Source: Macrostomum lignano (taxonomy: Eukaryota). From it: a stretch of 64,000 nt of DNA. The stretch is taken from NCBI GenBank assembly GCA_002269645.1, contig NIVC01003983.1, positions 2,460-66,459 on the forward strand, in the 5' to 3' direction. The position numbers and the translations under genes were made by a program. Shown piece by piece: positions 36,901 to 60,810 of the stretch (position 1 is the stretch's first letter; each line of letters starts with the position of its first letter). The notes beneath the pieces are model-generated. The model ran no database searches and was not told the DNA's origin. It saw nothing but the letters and a program-made list of their open reading frames with translations.

Positions 36901-39900
36901 AATCATTTATCCAACATTCTCCGATTCAAAGTCATTCTTACTAAATACCCTTCCAGATATTTAAATTTAGCATGCTCATCCTCCTCAGATCCTTCAGATC
37001 AGACTAGGCATTGTGTCAATCTTATTCTCCCCATCACACTCACATCCTCAGCAGGTGGTCAGAAGCTAGAGTGCATCCCGGACCAGCCCGGACTCATGCA
37101 GGCAGTTAAGCTAGCCAGGCCATTGCTAGATCAGCTAGCCAGAATGCGAGGCGACGCCGAGTGCAACGGCGGCGAGTCAAACTACCGGCTTCACAGGCAG
37201 AGCGTAGTGAGCCTGCTTACCAACAGCGTCTCGGGCCTGCTGGTGAATGAAACAGACGTTAGTAATCTCATTGCTTTGGCTATCCGAGCTCCGCGTCTTG
37301 GCATCCTGGCATTGAGAGATTCGACGTCGACAGACTCCGACGTTGTCACTAAGGTCGAGGATTGCGGCTATCTGGCTGCTGCCGAGGGTCGGCGCAGCAT
37401 CAGCTGTCGTAGCCGCCTGCTGGCCTGGAGCGCCCTGGCCTCCATAGGCCGGCTGGCAGCCTCTCTAATCTATGCGGCTGTCGGCCTAGCTGGCCTGGCT
37501 TGCCTCGCCTATCTGCTAGTCTACGCTGTGCGGCTCAGGCGGCGACGCGAGGCTGCACTGGTTGATGCTACAGACCAGGTTGGTGGAGCTGCCAAATTTA
37601 CTTTTGATTTGCCGCCTCCCCAGTCTTTGTCTTTGATAGGCCGCCTTCCCCAGTCCCTATCTTTAATATGCGCTTTCCCCAGTCCTTATCTTTGATATGC
37701 CGCCTTCCCCAGTCCTTATCTTTGATATGCCGCCTTCCCCAGTCCTTATCTTTGATATGCCGCCTTCCCCAGTCCTTATCTTTGATATGCCGCCTTCCCC
37801 AGTCCTTATCTTTGATATGCCGCTTCCCCCAGTCTTTATCTTTGATATGCCGCCTTCCCCAGTCTTTATCTTTGATATGCCGCCTTCCCCAGTCCTTATC
37901 TTTGATATGCCGCTTCCCCCAGTCTTTATCTTTGATATGCCGCCTTCCCAGTCTTTATCTTTGATATGCCGCCTTCCCCAGTCCTTATCTTTGATATGCC
38001 GCCTTCCCCAGTCTTTATCTTTGATATGCCGCCTTCCCCAGTCCTTATCTTTGATATGCCGCCTTCCCCAGTCCTTATCTTTGATATGCCGCTTCCCCCA
38101 GTCTTTATCTTTGATATGCCGCCTTCCCCAGTCGCGCCTCTCTCCCCGATCTGAACCCTCCAAGGTGCTGCTGCATCTACTAACCGCCGAGTCCGGCGTC
38201 CCAGTCGACGAAGTCCGCGCCGAGCTGCAGCGATCGGCGTCCTCGACAGCGTCAACTGGGACCGCTTGCGCGAACGAATCGTCGCCCGCGAGCGCCGAAT
38301 CCTCATTGAGGAGAGCATCCGCGTGGCGAAGTCTGGCGCCTTCGTCCTGGCGAAGCGGAAGCCCTGCGCGCTCGCGGAATCGGCGCCGGCTCTGCTGTTG
38401 GCGGCGCCGCGGCCAATTTTGCTAGCGGCGGCAGCGCCGGAGTGGCGCGCGGCTGGCAAGGCTCCGTGCTAGCTGAAAGCGGCCGCTCCATGCCGCAGGT
38501 TGAGCCGCCAACACAGTGCTTGAAACTGCGCGGCATGTGGAGCCCGGACAATGGCCAGTGCGACAAGGCCAGGCTAGCCGCCGAGCTGGCCCGCAAAGCG
38601 CCGCAGGACTCGATCCTTCACGTGGACTCGTTGGCCATGGGCGGCGAAGGCTTTGTTTACGCCCTGTTCCGGTCAAAGAAAGACGCCGGCGTCACTAGGA
38701 ATGCGGTGCACGCGCACTTCTTCGATGGTGAGGTTCATTTTATTTTTAAAGAAATACGCTCGTAGACAAAATGCCTGGCGACCTAGGGGAATTCTCTTTG
38801 AACCCTCTTAACAACTAAGCTGTTTCATAGAAACCCCCCCTCCGCCTAACTGGATTGAAATGAGAAAGAATGTGAAATTCGAATAGCATAGACGGGGCGG
38901 ATAGCCACGCCAGTAACCATGTCTATGCAACAGTGAGTGACCTAGGCAAAGCGTGTCAAAGGACAAGCGGCCATTCTTAACGTCTGCTAGTAGTGTCGGT
39001 TAGTTAGACACGAGCAAATGACGCCAGTGAGAGAGAGGCCCTAGTTTACTAATATTAGCCAGGATCTTTTGATGTCTGACGTTCTGGCAGCGGCGCAGCG
39101 GGGTGCGGGGCGGGGAGGCCGAGAGTATAGAAGAGTAATAATGAGGGTTCTGGCTTTTTGTCTGGATAAGCCATGGAGAGCTAGAACCGGAACTTGGAGT
39201 GACAGCTATTCTCCAAGCCCCTCCCATTTTTATAAAACTCGGCAGTTTTTTTCTCACTCCAAGTTCTAGAACGACTGCCTGTTTTTCAACAATGCATTCT
39301 TACGCTCGTGCTAGGCCTTACGTTAGGGTGCCCCCTGCTGCTCTGATGGTCTCTTTTTACTGCTCTATGTTTGGCATTTTGTGCGTGCGTGTGTGTGTGT
39401 ACCCCAACGTTCAACAGATTTGTTATGTTGAAAGTATTTTCGGCAATTTAACCTCAAGTGCCCCCCGCCGCCGCCCTCCTATCTCTCTTGCTTGGACGCT
39501 GCAGCTTATGATTAAGATTTGAAATTTCAAGCTTCGAAGAGTCGAAATTTCTAGTATTTTAATTGATTTCTTTACTTTTTATTTTATAGTTGAAGTTCCT
39601 TTCTATTAATGTTATGCAAGTTTACAGGTAGGGACAGTTTACTGTTATGCAAGTTTACAGGTAGGGACAGTTTACTGTTATGCAAGTTTACAGGTAGGGA
39701 CAGTTTACTGTTATGCAAGTTTACAGGTAGGGACAGTTTACTGTTATGCAAGTTTACAGGTAGGGACAGTTTACTGTTATACAAGTTTACAGGTAGGGAC
39801 AGTTTACTGTTATACAAGTTTACAGGTAGGAACAGTTTACTGTTATGCAAGTTTACAGGTAGGGACAGTTTACTGTTATGCAAGTTTACAGGTAGGGACA

Positions 39901-42900
39901 GTTTACTGTTATACAAGTTTACAGGTAGGGACAGTTTACTGTTATACAAGTTTACAGGTAGGGACAGTTTACTGTTATACAAGTTTACAGGTAGGGACAG
40001 TTTACTGTTATGCAAGTTTACAGGTAGGGACAGTTTACTGTTATACAAGTTTACAGGTAGGGACAGTTTACTGTTATACAAGTTTACAGGTAGGGACAGT
40101 TTACTGTTATACAAGTTTACAGGTAGGGACAGTTTACTGTTATGCAAGTTTACAGGTAGGGACAGTTTACTGTTATACAAGTTTACAGGTAGGGACAGTT
40201 TACTGTTATGCAAGTTCACAGGTAGGGACAGTTTACTGTTATACAAGTTTACAGGTAGGGACAGTTTACTGTTATGCAAGTTCACAGGTAGGGACAGTTT
40301 ACTGTTATACAAGTTTACAGGTAGGGACAGTTTACTGTTATGCAAGTTCACAGGTAGGGACAGTTTACTGTTATACAAGTTTACAGGTAGGGACAGTTTA
40401 CTGTTATACAAGTTTACAGGTAGGGACAGTTTACTGTTATGCAAGTTTACAGGTAGGAACAGTTTACTGTTATACAAGTTTACAGGTAGGGACAGTTTAC
40501 TGTTATGCAAGTTTACAGGTAGAGACAGTTTACTGTTATGCAAGTTTACAGGTAGGGACAGTTTACTGTTATGCAAGTTTACAGGTAGGAACAGTTTACT
40601 GTTATACAAGTTTACAGGTAGGGACAGTTTACTGTTATGCAAGTTTACAGGTAGAGACAGTTTACTGTTATGCAAGTTTACAGGTAGGGACAGTTTACTG
40701 TTATGCAAGTTTACAGGTAGAGACAGTTTACTGTTATGCAAGTTTACAGGTAGGGACAGTTTACTGTTATGCAAGTTTACAGGTAGGGACAGTTTACTGT
40801 TATGCAAGTTTACAGGTAGGGACAGTTTACTGTTATGCAAGTTTACAGGTAGGAACAGTTTACTGTTATACAAGTTTACAGGTAGGGACAGTTTACTGTT
40901 ATGCAAGTTTACAGGTAGGGACAGTTTACTGTTATGCAAGTTTACAGGTAGAGACAGTTTACTGTTATGCAAGTTTACAGGTAGGGACAGTTTACTGTTA
41001 TGCAAGTTTACAGGTAGGGACAGTTTACTGTTATGCAAGTTTACAGGTAGGGACAGTTTACTGTTATGCAAGTTTACAGGTAGAGACAGTTTACTGTTAT
41101 GCAAGTTTACAGGTAGGGACAGTTTACTGTTATGCAAGTTTACAGGTAGGGACAGTTTACTGTTATGCAAGTTTACAGGTAGGGACAGTTTACTGTTATG
41201 CAAGTTCACAGGTAGGGACAGTTTACTGTTATGCAAGCTTACAGGTAGGGACAGTTTACTGTTATGCAAGCTTACAGGTAGGGACAGTTTACTGTTATGC
41301 AAGTTTACAGGTAGGGACAGTTTACTGTTATGCAAGCTTACAGGTAGGGACAGTTTACTGTTATGCAAGCTTACAGGTAGGGACAGTTTACTGTTATGCA
41401 AGCTTACAGGTAGGGACAGTTTACTGTTATGCAAGCTTACAGGTAGGGACAGTTTACTGTTATGCAAGCTTACAGGTAGGGACAGTTTACTGTTATGCAA
41501 GTTTACAGGTAGGGACAGTTTACTGTTATGCAAGCTTACAGGTAGGGACAGTTTACTGTTATGCAAGCTTACAGGTAGGGACAGTTTACTGTTATGCAAG
41601 TTTACAGGTAGGGACAGTTTACTGTTATGCAAGTTTACAGGTAGGGACAGTTTACTGTTATGCAAGTTTACAGGTAGAGACAGTTTACTGTTATGCAAGT
41701 TTACAGGTAGGGACAGTTTACTGTTATGCAAGTTTACAGGTAGGGACAGTTTACTGTTATGCAAGTTTACAGGTAGGGACAGTTTACTGTTATGCAAGTT
41801 TACAGGTAGAGACAGTTTACTGTTATGCAAGTTTACAGGTAGGGACAGTTTACTGTTATGCAAGTTTACAGGTAGGGACAGTTTACTGTTATGCAAGTTT
41901 ACAGGTAGGGACAGTTTACTGTTATGCAAGTTTACAGGTAGGGACAGTTTACTGTTATGCAAGTTCACAGGTAGGGACAGTTTACTGTTATGCAAGCTTA
42001 CAGGTAGGGACAGTTTACTGTTATGCAAGCTTACAGGTAGGGACAGTTTACTGTTATGCAAGTTTACAGGTAGGGACAGTTTACTGTTATGCAAGCTTAC
42101 AGGTAGGGACAGTTTACTGTTATGCAAGCTTACAGGTAGGGACAGTTTACTGTTATGCAAGCTTACAGGTAGGGACAGTTTACTGTTATGCAAGCTTACA
42201 GGTAGGGACAGTTTACTGTTATGCAAGCTTACAGGTAGGGACAGTTTACTGTTATGCAAGTTTACAGGTAGGGACAGTTTACTGTTATGCAAGCTTACAG
42301 GTAGGGACAGTTTACTGTTATGCAAGCTTACAGGTAGGGACAGTTTACTGTTATGCAAGCTTACAGGTAGGGACAGTTTACTGTTATGCAAGTTTACAGG
42401 TAGGGACAGTTTACTGTTATGCAAGTTTACAGGTAGGGACAGTTTACTGTTATGCAAGCTTACAGGTAGGGACAGTTTACTGTTATGCAAGCTTACAGGT
42501 AGGGACAGTTTACTGTTATGCAAGCTTACAGGTAGGGACAGTTTACTGTTATACAAGTTTACAGGTAGGGACAGTTTACTGTTATGCAAGCTTACAGGTA
42601 GGGACAGTTTACTGTTATACAAGTTTACAGGTAGGGACAGTTTACTGTTATGCAAGTTTACAGGTAGGGACAGTTTACTGTTATGCAAGTTTACAGGTAG
42701 AGACAGTTTACTGTTATGCAAGTTTACAGGTAGGGACAGTTTACTGTTATGCAAGCTTACAGGTAGGGACAGTTTACTGTTATGCAAGCTTACAGGTAGG
42801 GACAGTTTACTGTTATGCAAGTTTACAGGTAGGGACAGTTTACTGTTATGCAAGTTTACAGGTAGGGACAGTTTACTGTTATGCAAGTTTACAGGTAGGG

Positions 42901-45900
42901 ACAGTTTACTGTTATACAAGTTTACAGGTAGGGACAGTTTACTGTTATGCAAGCTTACAGGTAGAGACAGTTTACTGTTATGCAAGTTTACAGGTAGGGG
43001 CAGTTTACTGTTATGCAAGCTTACAGGTAGGGACAGTTTACTGTTATGCAAGTTTACAGGTAGGGACAGTTTACTGTTATGCAAGTTCACAGGTAGGGAC
43101 AGTTTACTGTTATGCAAGCTTACAGGTAGGGACAGTTTACTGTTATACAAGTTTACAGGTAGGGACAGTTTACTGTTATGCAAGCTTACAGGTAGGGACA
43201 GTTTACTGTTATGCAAGTTTACAGGTAGGGGCAGTTTACTGTTATGCAAGCTTACAGGTAGGGACAGTTTACTGTTATGCAAGCTTACAGGTAGGGACAG
43301 TTTACTGTTATGCAAGTTTACAGGTAGGGACAGTTTACTGTTATACAAGTTTACAGGTAGAGACAGTTTACTGTTATGCAAGTTTACAGGTAGGGGCAGT
43401 TTACTGTTATGCAAGCTTACAGGTAGGGACAGTTTACTGTTATGCAAGTTTACAGGTAGGGACAGTTTACTGTTATGCAAGTTTACAGGTAGGGACAGTT
43501 TACTGTTATGCAAGCTTACAGGTAGGGACAGTTTACTGTTATGCAAGCTTACAGGTAGGGACAGTTTACTGTTATGCAAGTTTACAGGTAGGGACAGTTT
43601 ACTGTTATACAAGTTTACAGGTAGAGACAGTTTACTGTTATGCAAGTTTACAGGTAGGGGCAGTTTACTGTTATGCAAGCTTACAGGTAGGGACAGTTTA
43701 CTGTTATGCAAGTTTACAGGTAGGGACAGTTTACTGTTATGCAAGTTTACAGGTAGGGACAGTTTACTGTTATGCAAGCTTACAGGTAGGGACAGTTTAC
43801 TGTTATGCAAGCTTACAGGTAGGGACAGTTTACTGTTATACAAGTTTACAGGTAGAGACAGTTTACTGTTATGCAAGTTTACAGGTAGGGGCAGTTTACT
43901 GTTATGCAAGCTTACAGGTAGGGACAGTTTACTGTTATGCAAGTTTACAGGTAGGGACAGTTTACTGTTATACAAGTTTACAGGTAGAGACAGTTTACTG
44001 TTATGCAAGTTTACAGGTAGGGACAGTTTACTGTTATGCAAGTTTACAGGTAGGGACAGTTTACTGTTATGCAAGTTTACAGGTAGGGACAGTTTACTGT
44101 TATGCAAGTTTACAGGTAGGGACAGTTTACTGTTATGCAAGTTTACAGGTAGGGACAGTTTACTGTTATGCAAGCTTACAGGTAGAGACAGTTTACTGTT
44201 ATACAAGTTTACAGGTAGGGACAGTTTACTGTTATGCAAGTTTACAGGTAGGGACAGTTTACTGTTATGCAAGTTTACAGGTAGGGACAGTTTACTGTTA
44301 TGCAAGCTTACAGGTAGAGACAGTTTACTGTTATGCAAGTTTACAGGTAGGGACAGTTTACTGTTATGCAAGCTTACAGGTAGGGACAGTTTACTGTTAT
44401 GCAAGCTTACAGGTAGGGACAGTTTACTGTTATGCAAGTTTACAGGTAGGGACAGTTTACTGTTATGCAAGTTTACAGGTAGGGACAGTTTACTGTTATG
44501 CAAGTTTACAGGTAGGGACAGTTTACTGTTATGCAAGTTTACAGGTAGGGACAGTTTACTGTTATGCAAGTTTACAGGTAGGGACAGTTTACTGTTATGC
44601 AAGTTTACAGGTAGGGACAGTTTACTGTTATACAAGTTTACAGGTAGGGACAGTTTACTGTTATGCAAGTTTACAGGTAGGGACAGTTTACTGTTATGCA
44701 AGTTTACAGGTAGGGACAGTTTACTGTTATGCAAGTTTACAGGTAGGGACAGTTTACTGTTATGCAAGTTTACAGGTAGGGACAGTTTACTGTTATGCAA
44801 GTTTACAGGTAGGGACAGTTTACTGTTATGCAAGTTTACAGGTAGGGACAGTTTACTGTTATACAAGTTTACAGGTAGGGACAGTTTACTGTTATGCAAG
44901 TTTACAGGTAGGGACAGTTTACTGTTATGCAAGTTTACAGGTAGGGACAGTTTACTGTTATGCAAGCTTACAGGTAGGGACAGTTTACTGTTATGCAAGC
45001 TTACAGGTAGGGACAGTTTACTGTTATGCAAGTTTACAGGTAGGGACAGTTTACTGTTATGCAAGTTTACAGGTAGGGACAGTTTACTGTTATGCAAGTT
45101 TACAGGTAGGGACAGTTTACTGTTATGCAAGCTTACAGGTAGGGACAGTTTACTGTTATGCAAGCTTACAGGTAGGGACAGTTTACTGTTATGCAAGTTT
45201 ACAGGTAGGGACAGTTTACTGTTATGCAAGTTTACAGGTAGGGACAGTTTACTGTTATGCAAGCTTACAGGTAGGGACAGTTTACTGTTATGCAAGTTTA
45301 CAGGTAGGGACAGTTTACTGTTATGCAAGTTTACAGGTAGGGACAGTTTACTGTTATGCAAGTTTACAGGTAGAGACAGTTTACTGTTATGCAAGTTTAC
45401 AGGTAGGGACAGTTTACTGTTATGCAAGCTTACAGGTAGGGACAGTTTACTGTTATGCAAGTTTACAGGTAGGGACAGTTTACTGTTATGCAAGTTTACA
45501 GGTAGGGACAGTTTACTGTTATGCAAGCTTACAGGTAGGGACAGTTTACTGTTATGCAAGTTTACAGGTAGGGACAGTTTACTGTTATGCAAGTTTACAG
45601 GTAGGGACAGTTTACTGTTATACAAGTTTACAGGTAGGGACAGTTTACTGTTATGCAAGTTTACAGGTAGGGACAGTTTACTGTTATGCAAGCTTACAGG
45701 TAGGGACAGTTTACTGTTATGCAAGTTTACAGGTAGGGACAGTTTACTGTTATGCAAGCTTACAGGTAGGGACAGTTTACTGTTATACAAGTTTACAGGT
45801 AGAGACAGTTTACTGTTATGCAAGTTTACAGGTAGGGACAGTTTACTGTTATGCAAGTTTACAGGTAGGGACAGTTTACTGTTATGCAAGTTCAATCTTG

Positions 45901-46163
45901 TGAAAAAATTGATCTCTTAAATGTTTAAATGGCACTTTAAGAAAGTTGTAAACTTTGCACTTTAAGAAAGTTGTAAACTTTGCACTTTAAGAAAGTTGTA
46001 AACTTTGCACTTTAAGAAAGTTGGTCCATAGGTTTCAGCTATCGCATCCACTACTTCCACCGCAGGCACCCTAGTCACGGCCAGGTACATGACCTTCGAC
46101 AAATATTGTCAACGATTCCCCGAGAAAGTTGACGAATTCAAAACTTTGCTTGGCAGCAACTGA
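33928..46163 (+). CDS. LEMD3: LEM-domain inner nuclear membrane protein MAN1-like (LEM, 2 TM, winged helix, RRM/UHM); frameshifted in this sequence
   Basis: Exons: 33928-34092 (LEM domain, LSDLQLREMLTKRNVPVGLIDGSTRQRYKNRLQKL), 35859-36603 (TM1), ~37055-37578 (TM2), 38165-38727 (WQG, PTQCLKLRGM, GFVYALF..HFFDG), 46066-46163 (TLVTARYMTFDKYCQRFP, stop). Joining these needs -1 frame corrections near 36265, 36420-36440, 38232 and 38324. The exon 3 acceptor is uncertain. Confidence 0.85.
34270..34418. mobile_element. Small foldback element (~60-bp imperfect inverted arms) in LEMD3 intron 1
   Basis: tttctattggcaacacacacatgtaagtcactattgg pairs with ccaatagcgacttacatgtgtatgttgccaatagaaa. Confidence 0.6.
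36650..36930. repeat. ~32-bp minisatellite, LEMD3 intron 2
   Basis: Unit cccagatcctcagattggtcattctcaattct. Confidence 0.88.
37610..38131. repeat. 30-bp minisatellite, LEMD3 intron 3
   Basis: Unit ccgccttccccagtccttatctttgatatg. Confidence 0.93.
39611..45892. repeat. 33-bp satellite array (~190 units, 6.3 kb), LEMD3 last intron
   Basis: Unit gttatgcaagtttacaggtagggacagtttact with a few recurring SNVs. Confidence 0.98.
45952..46023. repeat. 25-bp tandem triplication
   Basis: cactttaagaaagttgtaaactttg x ~3. Confidence 0.85.
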
Positions 46164-46489
46164 GCTAACATTTGGCTCTGTTTGACTATTGATTTGTTGC
46201 ACATTATTTATTAGTAAAGTTATTACCTGTGTAGCCTAATGAGTGAGCTATTATTAATTGTTATTTTATGCAGCTAGCAGCCCAGTCCGTGCTGGGCGCA
46301 ATCAACTTTTTTAATCTGTCCCTATTGTTGTTCTACTTTGCGCTCTAAATGTTGCTTAATGGTAATTTATGTACTCTATTGTCTGTATTTCTCATGTTTC
46401 CTGTTTAGGCCATTTTCTAATCATTTTCTGTTCTACAGCTGTTTCATTAGGCCTAAATATTTGGCCACTGTGCCGCCCAGCTACCCACC

Positions 46490-46690
46490 CAGCCACTGCT
46501 GGTCCTCCGCTACTGGGCCTCCACTGCTGGTTCTCCACTGCTGATCCTCTAATACTGGTCCTCTAATACTGGTCCTCTAATGCTGGTCCTCTAATGCTGG
46601 TCCTCTAATGCTGGTCCTCTAATGCTGGTCCTCTAATGCTGGTCCTCCGCTACTGGTCCTCTAATACTGGTCCTCCACTACTAGGCCGCT
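46490..46690. repeat. 14-bp tandem repeat downstream of LEMD3 stop
   Basis: Unit ggtcctctaatgct with variants. Confidence 0.8.
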
Positions 46691-47479
46691 TCTGCTACCC
46701 ACCCAGTCACCACTGGACCTTTAAGAATTGACAGTTCAAGTTGCCCGGGTCCGGAGTCGCTGTGCTCTATCTCATCTCCATCCCTCATCAATCTTTGCCC
46801 TTTGATTTTCTATCAGTCGATCTGTGCACACAATTATCTATTGTCATCATCTATGAAAATATTGTTTTTAAGCCTCTTTTTATTACTGATAGTAGTATGT
46901 ATAGCTTTTGCATTTTTATTGGTCAACTTTCTTGTGCGTCATCTTTTTTCTATTCACTATTGGTCTCATAATTCAACGAAATCTATTTAATTAGCAGTTT
47001 TCTTCTCTCGGTAAGTTAAATTATTTTTTAATTTAATTGATTCTGTTAAACGTACATTGGTTAGCTAATCCAACGGTGCCATCGCAAAATCGCAGAACCC
47101 GTTCGATGCAACCCCGTGACTCCCCTGTGGTGTTGCTCTCTATTTTACTTTTTTTCTGTACTTCCCTGTCTGCTCTATTTTTATTGAAATTTTACTCGAA
47201 CTTCGTGTAGCATCGTACTGCACTGTATGTCTATTTATTGCTGTCAATTGTAAGGTTGCACTAAACTAAATTAACTAATAAATATATAACTAATAAGTAA
47301 ATATCACGCTAGTAAACTGGCGCTGTTTCTACTCCCCATGGACCAGCCCATCAATTTCTATTGAGTGAGCTTAACAACTTTTAACTTTATATCCAAGCAT
47401 GCATTGGGCCACGGGCCTGCCTGACCCTAACTCTCCCTTTGATGCCTAGCCTACCAGCAACTTAGCAAATACTAGATAT

Positions 47480-48770
47480 TAGCCATCTCAGCAATTCCCC
47501 CATCAGCCTTGGAATCTCAGCAATTCCCCCAGTGAGCCTTGGCATCTCAGCAATTCCCCCAGTGAGCCTTGGAATCTCAGCAATTCCCCCAGTGAGCCTT
47601 GGAATCCCAGCAATTCCCCCAGTGAGCCTTGGAATCCCAGCAATTCCCCCAGTGAGCCTTGGCATCTCAGCAATTCCCCCAGTGAGCCTTGGCATCTCAG
47701 CAATTCCCCCAGTGAGCCTTGGAATCTCAGCAATTCCCCCAGTGAGCCTTGGCATCTCAGCAATTCCCCCAGTGAGCCTTGGCATCTCAGCAATTCCCCC
47801 AGTGAGCATTGGCATCTCAGCAATTCCCCCAGTGAGCCTTGGAATCTCAGCAATTCCCCCCAGTGAGCCTTGGCATCTCAGCAATTCCCCCAGTGAGCCT
47901 TGGCATCTCAGCAATTCCCCCAGTGAGCCTTGGCATCTCAGCAATTCCCCCATCAGCCTTGGCATCTCAGCAATTCCCCCAGTGAGCCTTGGCATCTCAG
48001 CAATTCCCCCAGTGAGCCTTGGCATCTCAGCAATTCCCCCAGTGAGCCTTGGCATCTCAGCAATTCCCCCAGTGAGCATTGGCATCTCAGCAATTCCCCC
48101 AGTGAGCCTTGGAATCTCAGCAATTCCCCCAGTGAGCCTTGGCATCTCAGCAATTCCCCCAGTGAGCCTTGGCATCTCAGCAATTCCCCCAGTGAGCATT
48201 GGCATCTCAGCAATTCCCCAGTGAGCCTTGGAATCTCAGCAATTCCCCCCAGTGAGCCTTGGCATCTCAGCAATTCCCCCAGTGAGCCTTGGCATCTCAG
48301 CAATTCCCCCAGTGAGCCTTGGCATCTCAGCAATTCCCCCATCAGCCTTGGCATCTCAGCAATTCCCCCAGTGAGCCTTGGCATCTCAGCAATTCCCCCA
48401 GTGAGCCTTGGCATCTCAGCAATTCCCCCCAGTGAGCCTTGGCATCTCAGCAATTCCCCCAGTGAGCCTTGGCATCTCAGCAATTCCCCCATCAGCCTTG
48501 GAATCTCAGCGATTCTTTACGTGAGCCTTGGAATCTCAGCAATTCCCCCAGTGAGCCTTGGAATCTCAGCAATTCCCCCATCAGCCTTGGAATCTCAGCA
48601 ATTCCCCCATCAGCCTTGGAATCTCAGCGATTCTTTACGTGAGCCTTGGAATCTGAGCAAATTTCCACGTGTGCCTGGGCATCTCAGCGATTCTCCACGT
48701 GAGCCTTGGAATCTGAGCAAATTTCCACGTGAGCCTTGGCATCTCAGCGATTCTCCACGTGAGCCATGTC
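47480..48770. repeat. 30-bp minisatellite between LEMD3 and Rh
   Basis: Unit ggcatctcagcaattcccccagtgagcctt. Confidence 0.95.
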
Positions 48771-49379
48771 TCTTATGATTCTTAAGATTATTCTGAAAGT
48801 AATATTTTACACTTTTTAATCAATTCAACAATGGAGAATTTAAAAAAAACGTATCTACATACGAGCCAGCCATCTTGTAACTGCCAGACGTTTGGCTAGC
48901 AAGCCTAACCTAAACCCTAACGCTAACCTAAATCGTTGGCGATTACACACTTATTGTAACGTGCGCAATGCCGTCTCAACGCCAACTGGTGACGCCCCTG
49001 GAGAGGTGCCGCACCTTGCAGTCCGCTGACCTGCAGGGTCTCAAATTATTGTTTTTTTTCGCAAAGAAAGGAATGAGTCGTTAGCGAGCATCGCTAATGA
49101 GTGGCTATGGAGACATAGTTCCCTCTTGAGCCTGTAATTCCTTAATTGCGCAGCGGTGGCTTATTGATCGGATGGGATAAATTTGGATCCGAATTATCAA
49201 TAATAATTATGTCTGGGCGGGCTATAGCGATTCGATTTCTAAACGCGCCCGAAATTCCAGACTCCACGGGTGGTCGTTGGCCTCAATCTTAAGCGGCGAC
49301 ACCTGTCGCTGACCGGGATCTTTAGCTATAGGCGCCCCCCCAGCCTCTTAGTGACCTGTCGCGTCGCCAAGCTGTTGCC

Positions 49380-59945
<10,566 letters not shown>

Positions 59946-60584
59946 CACCAGCAACCAGCGGCGATTCAAAATAGAACTGCGACTGTTCAGCTGTCAGTAG
60001 TAAAATAGGCGTTTTCTCTTGTTTTTGTGTACTAGAATATGACATAATTAAATGCCCTTTCGATAGATAGATACTAAAATAACTAGTGAATGAAGACGCT
60101 GTCGTCTTCAAAGGTGGGACGATGGTTTATTATTTGCTTATTAACTTTTATGGCTTAAATTAAATTAAAAAAAAACTAAGAAGCTTCAAGTTGATTATAA
60201 TTTAATTTAAACAAAGTTTAAGCAAAACTGTTTAAAAAAATTAAGAAAAATACTTATGATGGTTTATTATGTCCATTATTGTTTATGGCTATGACCTATT
60301 TATTTAACCCAAATTAAGAACTAATTAAAACGCTATATCGTGTTTTTATATTTTACGGCTATACCGCATTTTCAATTTGATTTAAACAAAGTTTATACAT
60401 AACTGTAGAAATATAATAATAAAAAATATTTTATTAGATTACAAGAATATCCACTCTGCTGTTGTGTAGAAAGGGTTGTTAAGGCGGTTGTTGTTGTTTG
60501 TTGGTTGTAAAAGGGGTTGTTGTTGTTGGGGTTTTTGTTGTTGTTGGGTTGTTGTTGTTGTTGTTGGGGGTGGTTGTTGTTGGG

Positions 60585-60810
60585 GGTTTGCGTAACGTGG
60601 GGGCTGCCGCCCCCACACCCTCGCTCCCCCACCCCTCCCGCGCGTTGTTGTTGGGGAGGGTGGTTGTTGTTGGGGGTTTGCGTAACGTGGGGGCTGCCGC
60701 CCCCACACCCCGCTCCCCCACCCCTCCCGCGCGTTGTTGTTGGGGAGGGTGGTTGTTGTTGGGGGTTTGCGTATTGTGGGGGCTGCCGCCCCACACCCCC
60801 GCTCCCCCAC
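60585..60810. repeat. 90-bp tandem repeat with (GTT)n inside the Helentron-like element
   Basis: cgtaacgtgggggctgccgcccccacacc at 60591 and 60681, with a variant at 60771. Confidence 0.88.

Noticed and set aside
39584-45920. Two 2103-aa ORFs on opposite strands as stand-alone genes
   Set aside because: Both are translations of a 33-bp satellite lying in a GT-AG intron; a unit divisible by three without a stop yields such ORFs automatically.
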